A DNA stretch of 61,737 bases, filler included, from Choristocarpus tenellus KU-1152 (Eukaryota; Protista; Phaeophyceae), in assembly GCA_964200185.2 (NCBI GenBank). It is 11 parts of 11 records of this genome, joined end to end, with 100 filler letters (N's around TTAATTAATTAA, not from the genome) between each part and the next. Parts side by side here need not be neighbours in the genome. Positions count along the whole stretch, not along the records: positions 10,741 to 15,469 come from CAXNAD020013310.1; positions 15,570 to 28,511 come from CAXNAD020001645.1; 9 more parts are not named here. The stretch is one strand, 5' to 3'. A program made the position numbers and the translations under genes. Below are positions 11,246 through 23,300 of the stretch, in pieces. How positions within the stretch are numbered: position 1 is the stretch's first letter; every line of letters begins with the position of its first letter. Under the pieces are notes generated by a model. It worked only from the letters and a program-made list of their open reading frames with translations. It made no database searches and was not told the DNA's origin.

Positions 11246-14159
11246 CGCTTCTGTCCCTGGTCCAACAACCTTCAAAAGGGTGCCCAGAAGCGGGTCGTAA
11301 CCTTAAAAAGTGGTGGGTTTGATTAAATGCTACGTATAATTTTTACTCCTCAAAGTCATTTCAAGTCAGTATGTAATCATATCAAAAACAAACAATAATC
11401 TAGGCAAATATAGATGACAATAGTCTTGAATTGAAGAATATCATATATTATACATGCACAGGAATGGCTTAGAGGTGAAATGAAAGCTGGCAGTGGTAGC
11501 ACCTCTTGTTGCAGTCAAATCAGACAAACAATCTGTAAATAATAACATTTATATGTAAGTATGATAGTTTGCATTGATTTATGCCTTCACGTGGCACAAG
11601 TGGATTAGACAGGGCTGGGAGAGAGGATGTGTACACTAAGCAAACTAAATAATGTACAAAACAGAAACAGGACAATATAGCTCTATAACACATACACATG
11701 CATATTTTGCCCACATATCAACAGACTCTGGGGGCAGTCTGTAACTGATCGTAGAAAAATTCTTAGAAAAAAAAGGGTTCAACAATGAAGAGATAATGCA
11801 AACCACAAAAATATTAAAATTATAATATCGTACTGAGGATCAGTTCCAACAGTACAGCCACAGTCCTACTACTATACCATCATATAAGAAAATATATATG
11901 CAGCAGACCCTGCGCAGCTGCCAACCCATCACTACAGCACAGCTAGAATATGGTACCGCATACACCTTCAACTAGATCAAGCGAAACCCTAACCCTAACC
12001 CTAACCCTAACCATTGTACAGTATTACCGACACCCCTAACCCTAAGGAAGAAATAACTTTGGGTTCGTAGACCACATCACTCATTACTACCACCTCTGCA
12101 TCAAACGCATCCACCTCATTGCAATCCTCCCCCCTCACCAAAGGGAGTGCTTGCACCCTGGACATCGCTCCCCCTACCCCTTCATCAGTATTTGACTTCA
12201 CTGTAGCCTGATGGGTAGAGCTGTCGTTCTCATACACATCAAGCTTCTCATCTGTGCCAATGCCATCGCTGCCACTACAAGAACCCCCAGTTGTTTTAGT
12301 GGTGCCTAGTCCCAATCCATAGTGATAGTCACCACTGACACAGGGGTTAGATGACTCAGCAGGACAAATGGACCAGCCTTCTTGTACTGCTAGAGAGTTG
12401 AATGAGATGTTGACGTTGATGAGTCGTGTTAGGTCCTGTTAAGGTTAGGGCTGAGGTGTACTATTTTATCTGTGATCTGTCTAGCAGTTAGAATTATGTT
12501 TGAGGGTGATGTGCCTGCCTTTAATATTGCTAAGTTCTGATAGTAAAACGTGTATATATTTTTTTTATCACTACTCTAGATAGAATATGCTTGGTACCAT
12601 ATTTCATTGGTCTAACCCTAACCCCTAAACTTACTCAATATGCTAACTAAGGAGCTGCTTTTGAGGAACAACTACCACTTTGATTCCCTAAGAAAAAAAA
12701 GTCAAGATAATTGTTGAGATTTGTAATATATGAACAGTAGCGTATCCAAGATTGGGTTAGGGTTCGGGTTTAGATCCACCCTAACCATACCCCAGAAGGA
12801 GTTTTCCAAGAGAGAGGACGTTCAAGATTTGTAGGGCAGTCCAAAGGTGATCATTTCTTACCAATGAGCAGGCAGGATTTTGTTCATAGTTACACTTTTT
12901 CTGACATGAAATTAGGGGTTAGCCAATTGTGGCATGCTGAACGCTGACCTATCAGCACTTTTCGTAAGTCCCCTTTGACCAATCAGAAACTGTAATGCCC
13001 GAGACTATACTGGCCTTGCAATTGGTTCCTTATCTCCTCTCTAAACACCTATCTGTTGGTATGTAGGGTTAGGGTTACAGTTTGGCTCATTACCTTAACC
13101 AGTTAGGCTCATTACCTTAACCCTCTGTACTTCTCCAGTATCAATTTTATGTATTGTTTCAGTGAAATAAATCTAAATATGTTTAGCAAAGAAGGTTCAA
13201 CTAAGCAAAAACAATCCCGGCTCACACACAGTAGGACATTTCTATCATAACCCTAACCCGAATCATAGAAGCGGGTAGTGCCTAAGAGTGTGGCTGCAAT
13301 TTCCTGTGCACATCAGTCTTCTCACAACAGTGCAGAAAATATAAAATAATTTGGACAAGAAATCAACAAGATGGAGGTATTCGAATCCAAATGAGGTGTC
13401 TTCCCACTCCAGCAAAGAAGAGACCCTAAACCTAATTGTGCTTGGGCTAGGGTTAGGGTTAGACAGTACGTTGCTGTGCATCACTTTTGATTTTGTGTTA
13501 TTAAAAAGTGACAGAATACAGGGACAGCCTGCAACAAGCACTCAACTACTTGAGGGTAATCACAAAAGGCACACCCAAGTAAATTTGGAGCAGAAAGAAC
13601 CTCACAATTTATTTGTTCCTTGTTATATACACAGAATGCAATATAAAAAACAACAGTAAAATTATAATTTCTATGTATACAAGGTATGAGATACTGTATA
13701 AAACTAGCACTAACCTCATCCCCAATCTTAAAAAGGCAATAAGCAAAAGAAATATTATAGAGCATGAACGACTAATGTGGATATAACTTGTCAACTCCAA
13801 CAGAAAATCGACCCATCTTGCTTCAACTTCACCTACATCCCTCCTTTTACGCTCAAGATCTCTAAAGCTCTAAACCTAACACTAAATATAAAAATATATA
13901 TTTGGGGTTAGTGATAGGGTTAGAGAAATATATGCATATATCTATTTTGATATTGATTATTGAAGGACTAACCCCAAAGTCAGTGGCAAGGACACTGGAA
14001 GCCCCAACAGCGAGCAGCACAGTGACACCTGGCCTGTACCGGCACCCAGTTCAAGTACTCGCATCCCCTTGAGTAACAATACTCCCTTCCCATCCTCCAT
14101 AACCCCCAACAGTTAGTCAAAGAGTGCAAATGCTGCATCCCATACCTTCCCATCAATAC
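11246..14159 (-). pseudogene. METTL21/Methyltransf_16-type class I protein-lysine methyltransferase, apparently disrupted; exons 14159-13973, 12435-12058, 11301-11246
   Basis: GIDGKVWDAAFALFD*L...RVLELGAGTGQVSLCCSLLG[1-bp deletion]ASSVLATDFG|DLTRLINVNI...VVVMSDVVYEPK|GYDPLLGTLLKVV. The WD, LELGAGTG, TD and DVVY motifs are present. In-frame TAA, a frameshift and a phase mismatch at the last junction. Confidence 0.8.
11985..12012. repeat. Interstitial telomere-type (CCCTAA)n tract (representative; many 2-4-unit copies elsewhere)
   Basis: Other examples at about 28892-28910, 29921-29937, 30939-30956, 32336-32360, 32801-32819 and 58991-59012. Confidence 0.9.
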
Positions 14160-15409
14160 CTATCGTATGTATTAAAATTCATTATCTTATGTGTACCAAT
14201 ATACAGAGTAAGTCAAGGTTAGGGATGGAGGATGCCGTTCTAACAATATCAAGTTTTGTATGTTGTGATGTGTTATGAGTTATTACACAGAGTTTAGAGT
14301 TAGAGCTGCTGGTGGGGTGGCATAGACTTAGGGCTGAGAACAAAGGTACGGCAATGATATTGTGTGCATTGAGACACGATAATGGTACAGAGAGATTAGG
14401 GTTAGGGTGTATCCGATATATTACGTCTAAACATAGCATACTCAGCAGCACTAGGGAAACTCCAGATTAGGTATAACGAAGAGGTGTGTACAGTCCATGC
14501 AGCACAATATACTGTCAATAAATTGAATTCCACATATCATGGAACTCCTGCAGATAGTTGATATTACACATATTCATGAAATTTTCTCAGAAATTAGAAA
14601 GGCTCTAATTTAGTCAGAAAATGTGTGTAACTATCTTTCAAAAAAAGCCGACCCAACAAGGGGGTTAAGAACTTACCAAAAACTGGCACATTGAGTGTCG
14701 CTGTAGTGTTATGGGTTCCACTGAGGATGTGTACCAGGTACTGCGAGGTTATACCTTAGACCACCAACTGAACTGTAAGCACTTCCGTCCTGAAATAAAT
14801 ATCTTTTCCATTTCATTCATTTGATTATAATTTGATTAGATTTTTCGATTCTTTCTACATCATGGGGGAACCATTGTAAATGAGGGTTAGGGTTAGCGTT
14901 AGGAGACTTGATAAAAAAGCACTTATATGACAGATGCTGGGGATTGGATTACAATATTCTTTTTTTTTTAATAGAATGCTTTGTCTTGTTGAAGTGCATA
15001 CTTTTCTTTTTTATCTTTCAGCAACAACTTGGCATGGCATGACTCTTTGTATTAAGGCTATGGACCATAAAATAATTCTCATGTGCGCTAACCCTAACAC
15101 TACGGAGGTATTATTATCACACAAACTAAATTGTATGGCCAGGTCTTCATAGGAAAAGAACTTCATCGAAAAAGAGACAATGAAAAATTTGCCAACTCGG
15201 AAAGGTAAAATGGACAATAACGGATTTTGAGCCTTCTCTTACGTCCATCATATCAGAATTTCCTCAAGCTAACGAAAGTGCTAAAAGAATCTTCTGTTAG
15301 TTGTTGGAAATTCACACTCAACCAACCAATCATAAGGCGGAATAAATTATAATCCATGGCAGAATCCTTTCGGTCTGGTACAATATAAATTGTTTAATTC
15401 AACAATTAC

Positions 15410-15469
15410 GTGGAAAGCATGTTTGTCTGTTATTATACCGTATTGCTCGTATGCCATATACCGTTATAC
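15410..15469 (-). repeat. Interspersed repeat end shared with 46994-47053
   Basis: GTATAACGGTATATGGC...CGGTATAATAACAGACAAACATGCTTTCCAC occurs at two different contig edges. Confidence 0.8.
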
Positions 15470-16018
15470 NNNNNNNNNNNNNNNNNNNNNNNNNNNNNNN
15501 NNNNNNNNNNNNNTTAATTAATTAANNNNNNNNNNNNNNNNNNNNNNNNNNNNNNNNNNNNNNNNNNNNCCCCCACCCCCTGATACTTTGGGTCAACTGT
15601 GTATTGCAGGTGGTACGGTTTAATATATTCTCAAGCTGGTTTTTTGCAAGTGATGAAAAATCTGTTTTCTACAACCTAAAAGCGGTACATCTATGGGTCT
15701 GAGTTGTGCACACTGTGAGACCTATCATAAATCACTTGCGCCCAAGAATACATGAGTTGTAATTCTGTGAATTTTGCAGGAAGAATCAGCTTTATGCTCT
15801 GACCCAGTAAAGATAAATTGCAGGTTACTGCTGTAAGTATCGGGGGCTTCGCTGCTCAAAGGGATAAGGAGAAGAATGCCCTACTGGAATCAAACGCCTT
15901 CGCATAAAATAGAAACAAATGTTATTCGGCGGAGGTAGACTGTTCCTTGAACAGCATGGCAATGTATAGGAAATGAGGGGTTGAGTTTCTCAAAGGAGAG
16001 TCTTAGAGGGTAGGGCCT

Positions 16019-16283
16019 CGTCAAAGTATCTTAGAGGGTAGGGCCTCGTCCATTTGAGGTCAAAATCCAATGTTGTGATTTTGATGTAATTTTGGCTATT
16101 ATCGTGTTTGTTGGGAAGTGTCAATATCCTTGTTCTGGACACACCTTTTCATGATGTACACATTTTATGTACTCCGAAACATCTTGGAGTAGGAAAATAT
16201 AACAAAAATACGCCATGGGAAGTCAGGCCCCAAACGGACAAACAGGGCAAACCTCTTACCCTAACCCTAAGATACTTTCAGTC
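16019..16283 (+). mobile_element. MITE family A (first of a tandem pair)
   Basis: Homologous to 8157-8414. A short duplication of the left end lies at 16001-16022, and the right TIR carries CCCTAACCCTAA. Confidence 0.9.
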
Positions 16284-16290
16284 AATGATA

Positions 16291-16545
16291 GAGCCAAAGT
16301 ATCTTAGAGGGTAGGGCCGTGTCCATTTGGGGGCCAAAATCCAATGTTGCGTTTTTGATGTAATTTTGGCTATCTTGTTTTAGTATGTGTCAATATCCTT
16401 GTTCCGGACACACCTTTTCATAACATACATTTTACGTACTCCAAAATAATTTGGAGTAGGAAAATGTCCTAGAAAAACCCATGGGAAGCCAAGCCCCAAA
16501 TGGACAAACAGGGCAATACTCATACCCTCTAAGATACTTTCAATC
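16291..16545 (+). mobile_element. MITE family A (second of the tandem pair), TSD ATA
   Basis: ATA at 16288-90 and 16546-48. Confidence 0.9.
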
Positions 16546-17319
16546 ATAAATATAGGTAAATATGCATTTATTAGAACAACTGGTTAAATATCTGTGAATA
16601 TTATTCGAAAAAAATAATAAGGAGATATTAGAGCCGGCACAAGCCCAAGGGTCACACAACATCAATCGACACTCAGAAAGCTCCGAAGTATCATCTGTTG
16701 AAGGGGCAACATATGTGGGATAATCTAATCCATACATTGAATGGCACATCATCTGAGAAGTGACTATACTATGCAATTGCTCACTAACTAACATTTTTCC
16801 GCTTTTGGTGATAGTCTCCATTCTCTATGCTTTATACCTGGAAGTTGTACTGATTGCCCTCCCCCAACATTTCAACACTGCACTCTAGTTTAGCTGAAGT
16901 TGTAACAGAGAAAGTGCCACAATTTGAAACACATCTAGGTGGCGTATTAATGACATGAACATGACTCTGCCTACTGATTTCTGGCAAATGAGTTGAACTA
17001 ATCACTGCATTGTCAGACAAGTGAGATATGTTCTAGCCAGATGAATCACCACCTGAGTACCTCCGAGGATTCTGCTCTCCATAGCTTATAATGAATTTGT
17101 AGATTGAGAGAAGGGCATTGTACACACTGGTCTAACTGAGCTATGATTGCCTGACAATTACACGATTTCTAATTAGTTTTAAACACTACAGCTGGATAAC
17201 TAACAGCACCACAGACAAAAACGAACCCACCAACTGGAAAAAAAAAGATCGCCTTTTTGCAGTCCTTCACAAGCTTTCTCCTCCACAATATCACCTTCTT
17301 CTCATACCGCCCCGTGCAG

Positions 17320-20300
17320 GTCACTCCGCCTCAACAACAACTACCTCAGTAGTCTCCCTGATGGACTCTTGAAGCTGACGTCTCTGCATACGCTCTCCCT
17401 CCGTCACAACATCTTCTCAGCACTTCCCTATCGGTTCGGTGACCTTCGCTGCCTCGAAAAACTTGATCTGGGGGAGAACACGCTGAAGACACTTCCCGCC
17501 ACTATGGTTCTTACCAACTCCCTGGAAAAAAGAAATGCATTTTTTTTTTGTGATGATTGAATTGCCTTTACCGAAATGTTTATTTACCGCATCGATTGTG
17601 GGCAGATATTTTACCGTTCCATTTTTTTTTTTTTTGTGCACTTTTTTGTTTGTTTGTTGAGTGAGGTGTATGAAAACTCACGAATGAGAGATACTCCAGT
17701 ACATTGGAAATACTGCATGTAATCTTGGAGGTCAAGGGGTTGCCTTCGGAAGAACGTCCTTGGAGGCTAGAGTCAGGGATTGTACATAGGGGCTGTTGCA
17801 GGACCAGACTAGGGAAGTGGAGTAAAGCAATAAATTTAAACTTTTTTCTAGTGGTCGTAGAGCCAGTGTAACATTGTGTGTACTGCTTGTGGATAGTTTT
17901 CCCAACCTCACAAAGTTTCAAACCAAACCTAAGCACAAGCACACCCTTGTGATGTCTCCGTGTATTGCGACTCCATCAGGAAAAGAATGTCAATATTATC
18001 ATTGCACCAGCAGCACTGACTTACAATACAGGGTAAAAGTAAATGAGAGGTACCCATATCTTGTCCTTTTTTCATTTTCAACCAGATTTTCAACCTTTTG
18101 CAATTCATACCCATACTTCTATGGATGAAGTGCTAAGTCTGACTTGAGAGGGTTGATTTCTTTATTGTCTGAAACTGTTCGACAGAGTTCGGAAAATTTC
18201 CTGTATGAATTTGTAAAAAAAAACGACTTTTTTGCACATTTGTCAGCATCCTTGGTAAAAAAAAAAATCGACCCTGAGTTCCTCTCGGATACTTTGACTC
18301 ACATGCACATGCATCTCCTTGGTAAAAATATTATTTTGTTCCATGTTTGTCCACCACCTCTTACATCCTGTATGGCTGACATTTCCCCTGTATTCCCAAG
18401 AGTGAGTCTCTCCTCCGGTTAACTTAGCCTTTGTTGGCACCCCACTCCCTCTTCCTGTGTTATCCCTCACATGGATTGTTGCTGCAAATGGCAGTTACTT
18501 CTCACAAACCTGAAGTACCTGCGACTGGAGGGTAACAACATGCCACACCTTGCCCTCCCCCCTCTGCTGAGGACCTCAGACAGCAAAGACGACCATTCCA
18601 ACTGGAAAAGGCAGTGGCTCAAGGAGAAGAAAAAAGAGGTACTGAGCATCATATATGTGGGTAGGGGGGCAGCACACACAAAGAATTGTAAAAGTAACAA
18701 CCCTCTAAATGAAAAAGTAACATTATCAATATATTCAACACTCCAGACCACACCCTGTTGTGACTTTCCTGTTGCGATTTCCTATCTGCAAGGATTCTGC
18801 TGTACTTGTCAAGTCCATCAGCATTCTATCACTGCTCCTCACCCACATTTTTCACGATGATACTTTGAATGACCCTGGGGACCGCCTTGTCTTCACCTCC
18901 ATTTCCTCCCTGTACAATTTCGGCATTGCTTGAGCTTGCACTATACCACCTTCAAATCAAACTTTGTGCTTTCTGGGGCGGAATAAAAGGTCTGGGTGAA
19001 TCAACTCACTGGAGAAATGATCGAGGCTGATCCCACCAAATTGGAGAGGAACGATGGGGGCTTACCTCCTGCAAGCGAAGATCTTGAGGAAGGCACCTAC
19101 TGGTACAATCAGAACAGGAGCAGATTAGCTACTAAAGGTGACAAGACTCTTTGTCCCCAATGTTATTCTATTGTTGGTTGGCAGGACTCCCCGAAATCCA
19201 GTCCTCCATTGGAACCTGGATCTTCATGGATACCAAAGATACTACTAAGTGGTTGCTGTAACAATCTGAATGATTTGATTGCTAATACCCATCCGGTGAC
19301 CGCCCTTAATCCCAACAGAAGTAATGCAAGTATAGAGGTACAGTAGATAGTATCTATAAGGTATGCTCCAATATGTTTTCCAGGGAAATTTAAGGCAAGA
19401 CTGAGAATATATACAGAGTGAAAGTACCTTAGAGGGTACGAGTTTTGCCCTTTTTGTTCATTTGGGGCTTGGCTTTCCACGCGTTTTTAATGACGTTTAA
19501 CCTACTCCAAAATGTTTCGGAGTAGATAAAATGTGTACATTATGAATAGGTGTGTCCGGGACAAGGATATTGACATCTCCTAACAAATATGATAGCCAAA
19601 ATTACATCAAAATTGCAACATTGAATTTTGGCTTCCAAATGGACGCGACTCTACCCTCTAAGATACTTTGACTCTACAGTGTTTTGGTTGTGCTTAGGGC
19701 TCCACCTTGTGCTCCATTTTCTCTTACTCCACACAGCAGGGTGTAGATTCGCTTAACTCGTACTGTTGTGACTAGCAATTAGTTGCCTAATTGCAAAAAA
19801 AGAAAGGGAAGATGATTCCATTTCACAGTTGCAGTGTATTCCAGCAACTTGATATGGAGTTTGAATACATCTAGTGAATATATCAAGCCAAGGTCTATGG
19901 TACAACAACAAAATAAGGAGTTGGGTCCCCTTCCTGCAAATACTGAACATTGTATACCCTCTTCAGTCCGTCTATATCAGACTTTGGTTAATAATAGATA
20001 CGCCCTCTACATCTGTGGGTGTGAGGAAAGTGAGTCAGACATGGGATTCAAAACATGTGGGGGAAAGCTGAACTCCGAAATGTAGTGAGTAATTACTTCA
20101 TGTTGTTTGAGCAGTCCTGCCTCTTCCTCTCCTTCTGTGTATCGTGCAGGTATCTTTGAATGGGAACCTGTGTTAGATGCCAGCACCGGCAAGGTCCACT
20201 ACACAAACAATGTCAATGGGAAAACGGCAAGCTGATTGGTTATTGCCTTCCCCTATACCTTCACCCCACATCTCATCTACTCAGTCGTCCCCAGTTGTTA

Positions 20301-23300
20301 TAAAGTGCTTTGAATACACGCACACTTCTCTCATTCTCACCTACCTGCAGTTTGCTGTTACAGATCAACCTGAGTTGATCCACAGTAGCAAATCCTAGAG
20401 ACAAATTAACCAAGGAAGTGCTGTGGAGTTCTCTGAAATAAGAGTTATATTCATGATACTTTAGCCTGATGAAGCGTCCTCGCTACATCCATCATCTCGA
20501 AAATATTCTAAGGACTAGTTTGCATCACTCACAGCTCATACTCTATGCTACTGTGCAGACTAGGGGGTTGAAGTTAATACAGGATACAGAAAGGGTGTTC
20601 CATTTTGGCTGAAAGACGAGACATTTTCACCTTGATACATAACATGTCCCAATTGATAGATCTCTTCCTGTCTCACTTCTACCAATTTCCGCACCCTTAC
20701 TCTTTCTGATCAAGAGCCTTGCCACAATGGACCCAGCAGATAAGCCTCTTTCAATATCTGTCTTTATGCCTTCCAGGTTTCTCGCATGCCTGACTGCATG
20801 GACCAGCTGGGTGCTATGACCAGCCTTGTCACACTTAAGCTCAACCAAAACAAACTGCGGTCTCTTCCCAGCAGGCATGAGAACATTACATCATCATATA
20901 CCCCATCTTTCTGCGAGGATGACTCTGCTCCCCATCTAGATATCTAGTACTGTATTTCCAAGTGTTTCATGTGCCCTAGGGCCAGGTCCGAGTCTAGTTC
21001 CGACTTTGTACAGCAAACAACTACACCATTGAGTACAACAACAGTAGAAACAAAACTGAGAGGGATATCAGAACAATTATTCATATGTAGTAAACCAGGG
21101 CAATATAGTTGAAGATTGTGACTCAGGAACCTGTCAGTGCCCTCACTACCAGGCTGGGTACAACCTTGAAGCAACGGTTCAAGTTTGAGTCTAGTTCTAA
21201 AAATAATGATTTTGTACGGTGTTAGACCTCGATCTGATCTACCTAGTCCCAGGTAACGGTGAATGGATGGAGCCTGGTCGAATGGCTGGTCATCCCACAG
21301 TGTCAGGCCATTTCTTAATCTTAGTTCAAATTGCCTGGTGCAGGTGAGGATCATGGTTGGTGATGGCAGCTGCAGATATGGGTATCCAGGAACTTACATG
21401 TACTAAATTATTTGGACCCTAATAGAGGATACCTTCAAGGTCCTGGTTATAGTGTTGTTTCTAAGAATTATGATCGTTCAAGCGTTTGACCCAAGCAAAT
21501 TTGGTATATAAGGCTCTTCATGTACTTGGAGTGATGTGCACAATGGGACATAATCCCCTCAAAGGTAGAGCACCCTTGTCATAAGTACATTCAAGGTAAA
21601 GGATAAGATGCCATAATCCTGCACACTCGTCAAGTTCTCATAGTATCAGAGCGAAGTAAACAAATGGTGCCCATATTTTGGTCGTATTGCATTAGAAAGA
21701 CAGTTTTTCTATATCTTGCAATTCGTCTGTTCTTCTATGGATGAAGTGCTAAAATTTGACTGGAGAAGGTTGTTTTGCTCTGTTTTTGAATCTTTCGACA
21801 CAATTTGGAAGAAAAAAGCCAAATTTCGCACATATTTGCCTTGATCCCAAAACGCAACTCCGGGTACCTAACACCCAACCTTATCCCACAATAACAACCA
21901 CTACTAACTTGTGGTTAATTATGATCTGCCCTATGTGGAAACTATGTGGAAACTATGTGGAAACTTGGAGCTATGGGAAGGGATTATTTTTCGGAAAATG
22001 ATCACTACGAAGCGTTGGTTTCCACACAGTACCCATCATCTTTCAAATACCTTCCCAGCTTTCCCCTACACTCTGAGATCTTCATTTTTGTCAACTGCTA
22101 TTGACATACATTCTCTTAGTTCGATGTCATTGTCCAGCAAAGAGAAACAGAACTATCTCTTCTCTAAAACATTATGTCGTCAGTGCTAGAGACAGATGAT
22201 GTCAGTTTGAAAAATATAGATAAATTGCTGAAACCTTGGATAATCCATACCATATACAGAGCTTCAAGTGACTGCTTCCAATGATCAAGCGCCATGTACC
22301 TCTCCCTTGCTGCAACTGTTAGCATCTGCCAGTGTGACCATATGGAGCTATTGGAAGTGAACGACAACTACCTCGAGTATCTACCAATGGCCTTTGGAAA
22401 TATGAGGTCTCTCAGAACTGTTAGGTATGATTCAATCATGGGAGAAAATTCCTTATCAATCGCGGCTGCAGATGAACACTTTGGATATTGGTAACCAAAT
22501 TTGCAAATCATCATCAAACCAAACCTATTCTTCTTGTTAAAGATTTTAAACAGCATCGAGAATCCTGATGTCTGAAGCCTCTTGTGCTAGTGGTGCGATA
22601 TGTGACATGTTGACAGGAAATACCCCCCTCAATCTTTGTACCCTCTCCGCCCCCTCTTCTCCTCCCCATACAAATATTGACAGATTAAACATGAACAATC
22701 TGTCTGAACTTCCCCCATCAACGCAACAGCTCACTGCTCTTCAGGAGCTTTCATTAAATAACAACTACTTCAAGGCCTTCCCAGATTTTGTTATGAAACT
22801 CACCAATCTCCAAAAGGTACACAGGAAGATTGGTGGGTATTCCTGCCTAGGAGTTAGGTCTACCTTTCTCTTAACGGGGGTTTCTTTAGACTTTGATGAA
22901 TTTCTTTTCCAACCCCAGGTGGTGATCATACGCACTCTCCACCCCCTGGTTTTATAGATGTTCTGGAGGTAGTATCACGACCTGGAGTTAGGAGTTCTGT
23001 TGAGTAATACAAGGTTTTTTCATCTTCAACAGATGACCGTGTGGAAGCCCACTGTATAGCTGCATAGTTATACTTCTTTACATACTTGTAGTGATCTATG
23101 GGCAGCCCACAGGTTCATTTCAGCGTTTCACTCTGCAAAGTCCTAACAACCCATCAAATCATGTAGCGCTTGGGGAATTCCAGTACGATTTTCTTGCTCC
23201 TACCCATTTTTTTATTGCAAGTCTCCAAAAGAAAAAGAGACTTTGATGAGGTCCTCATCTTTACCTTTTTCTTACTCTCAAGCATATTTTCAAGCACTTT

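Noticed and set aside
14080-14125. In-frame TAA as evidence of a non-standard genetic code
   Set aside because: The same exon also has a frameshift, and the other reconstructed intact genes have no in-frame stops; pseudogenisation is simpler.
14677-15832. Possible extra exons at about 14677-14789 (-) and 15780-15832 (+)
   Set aside because: Splice-like ends, but the first has stops in all frames and the second has no recognisable motif; unsupported.
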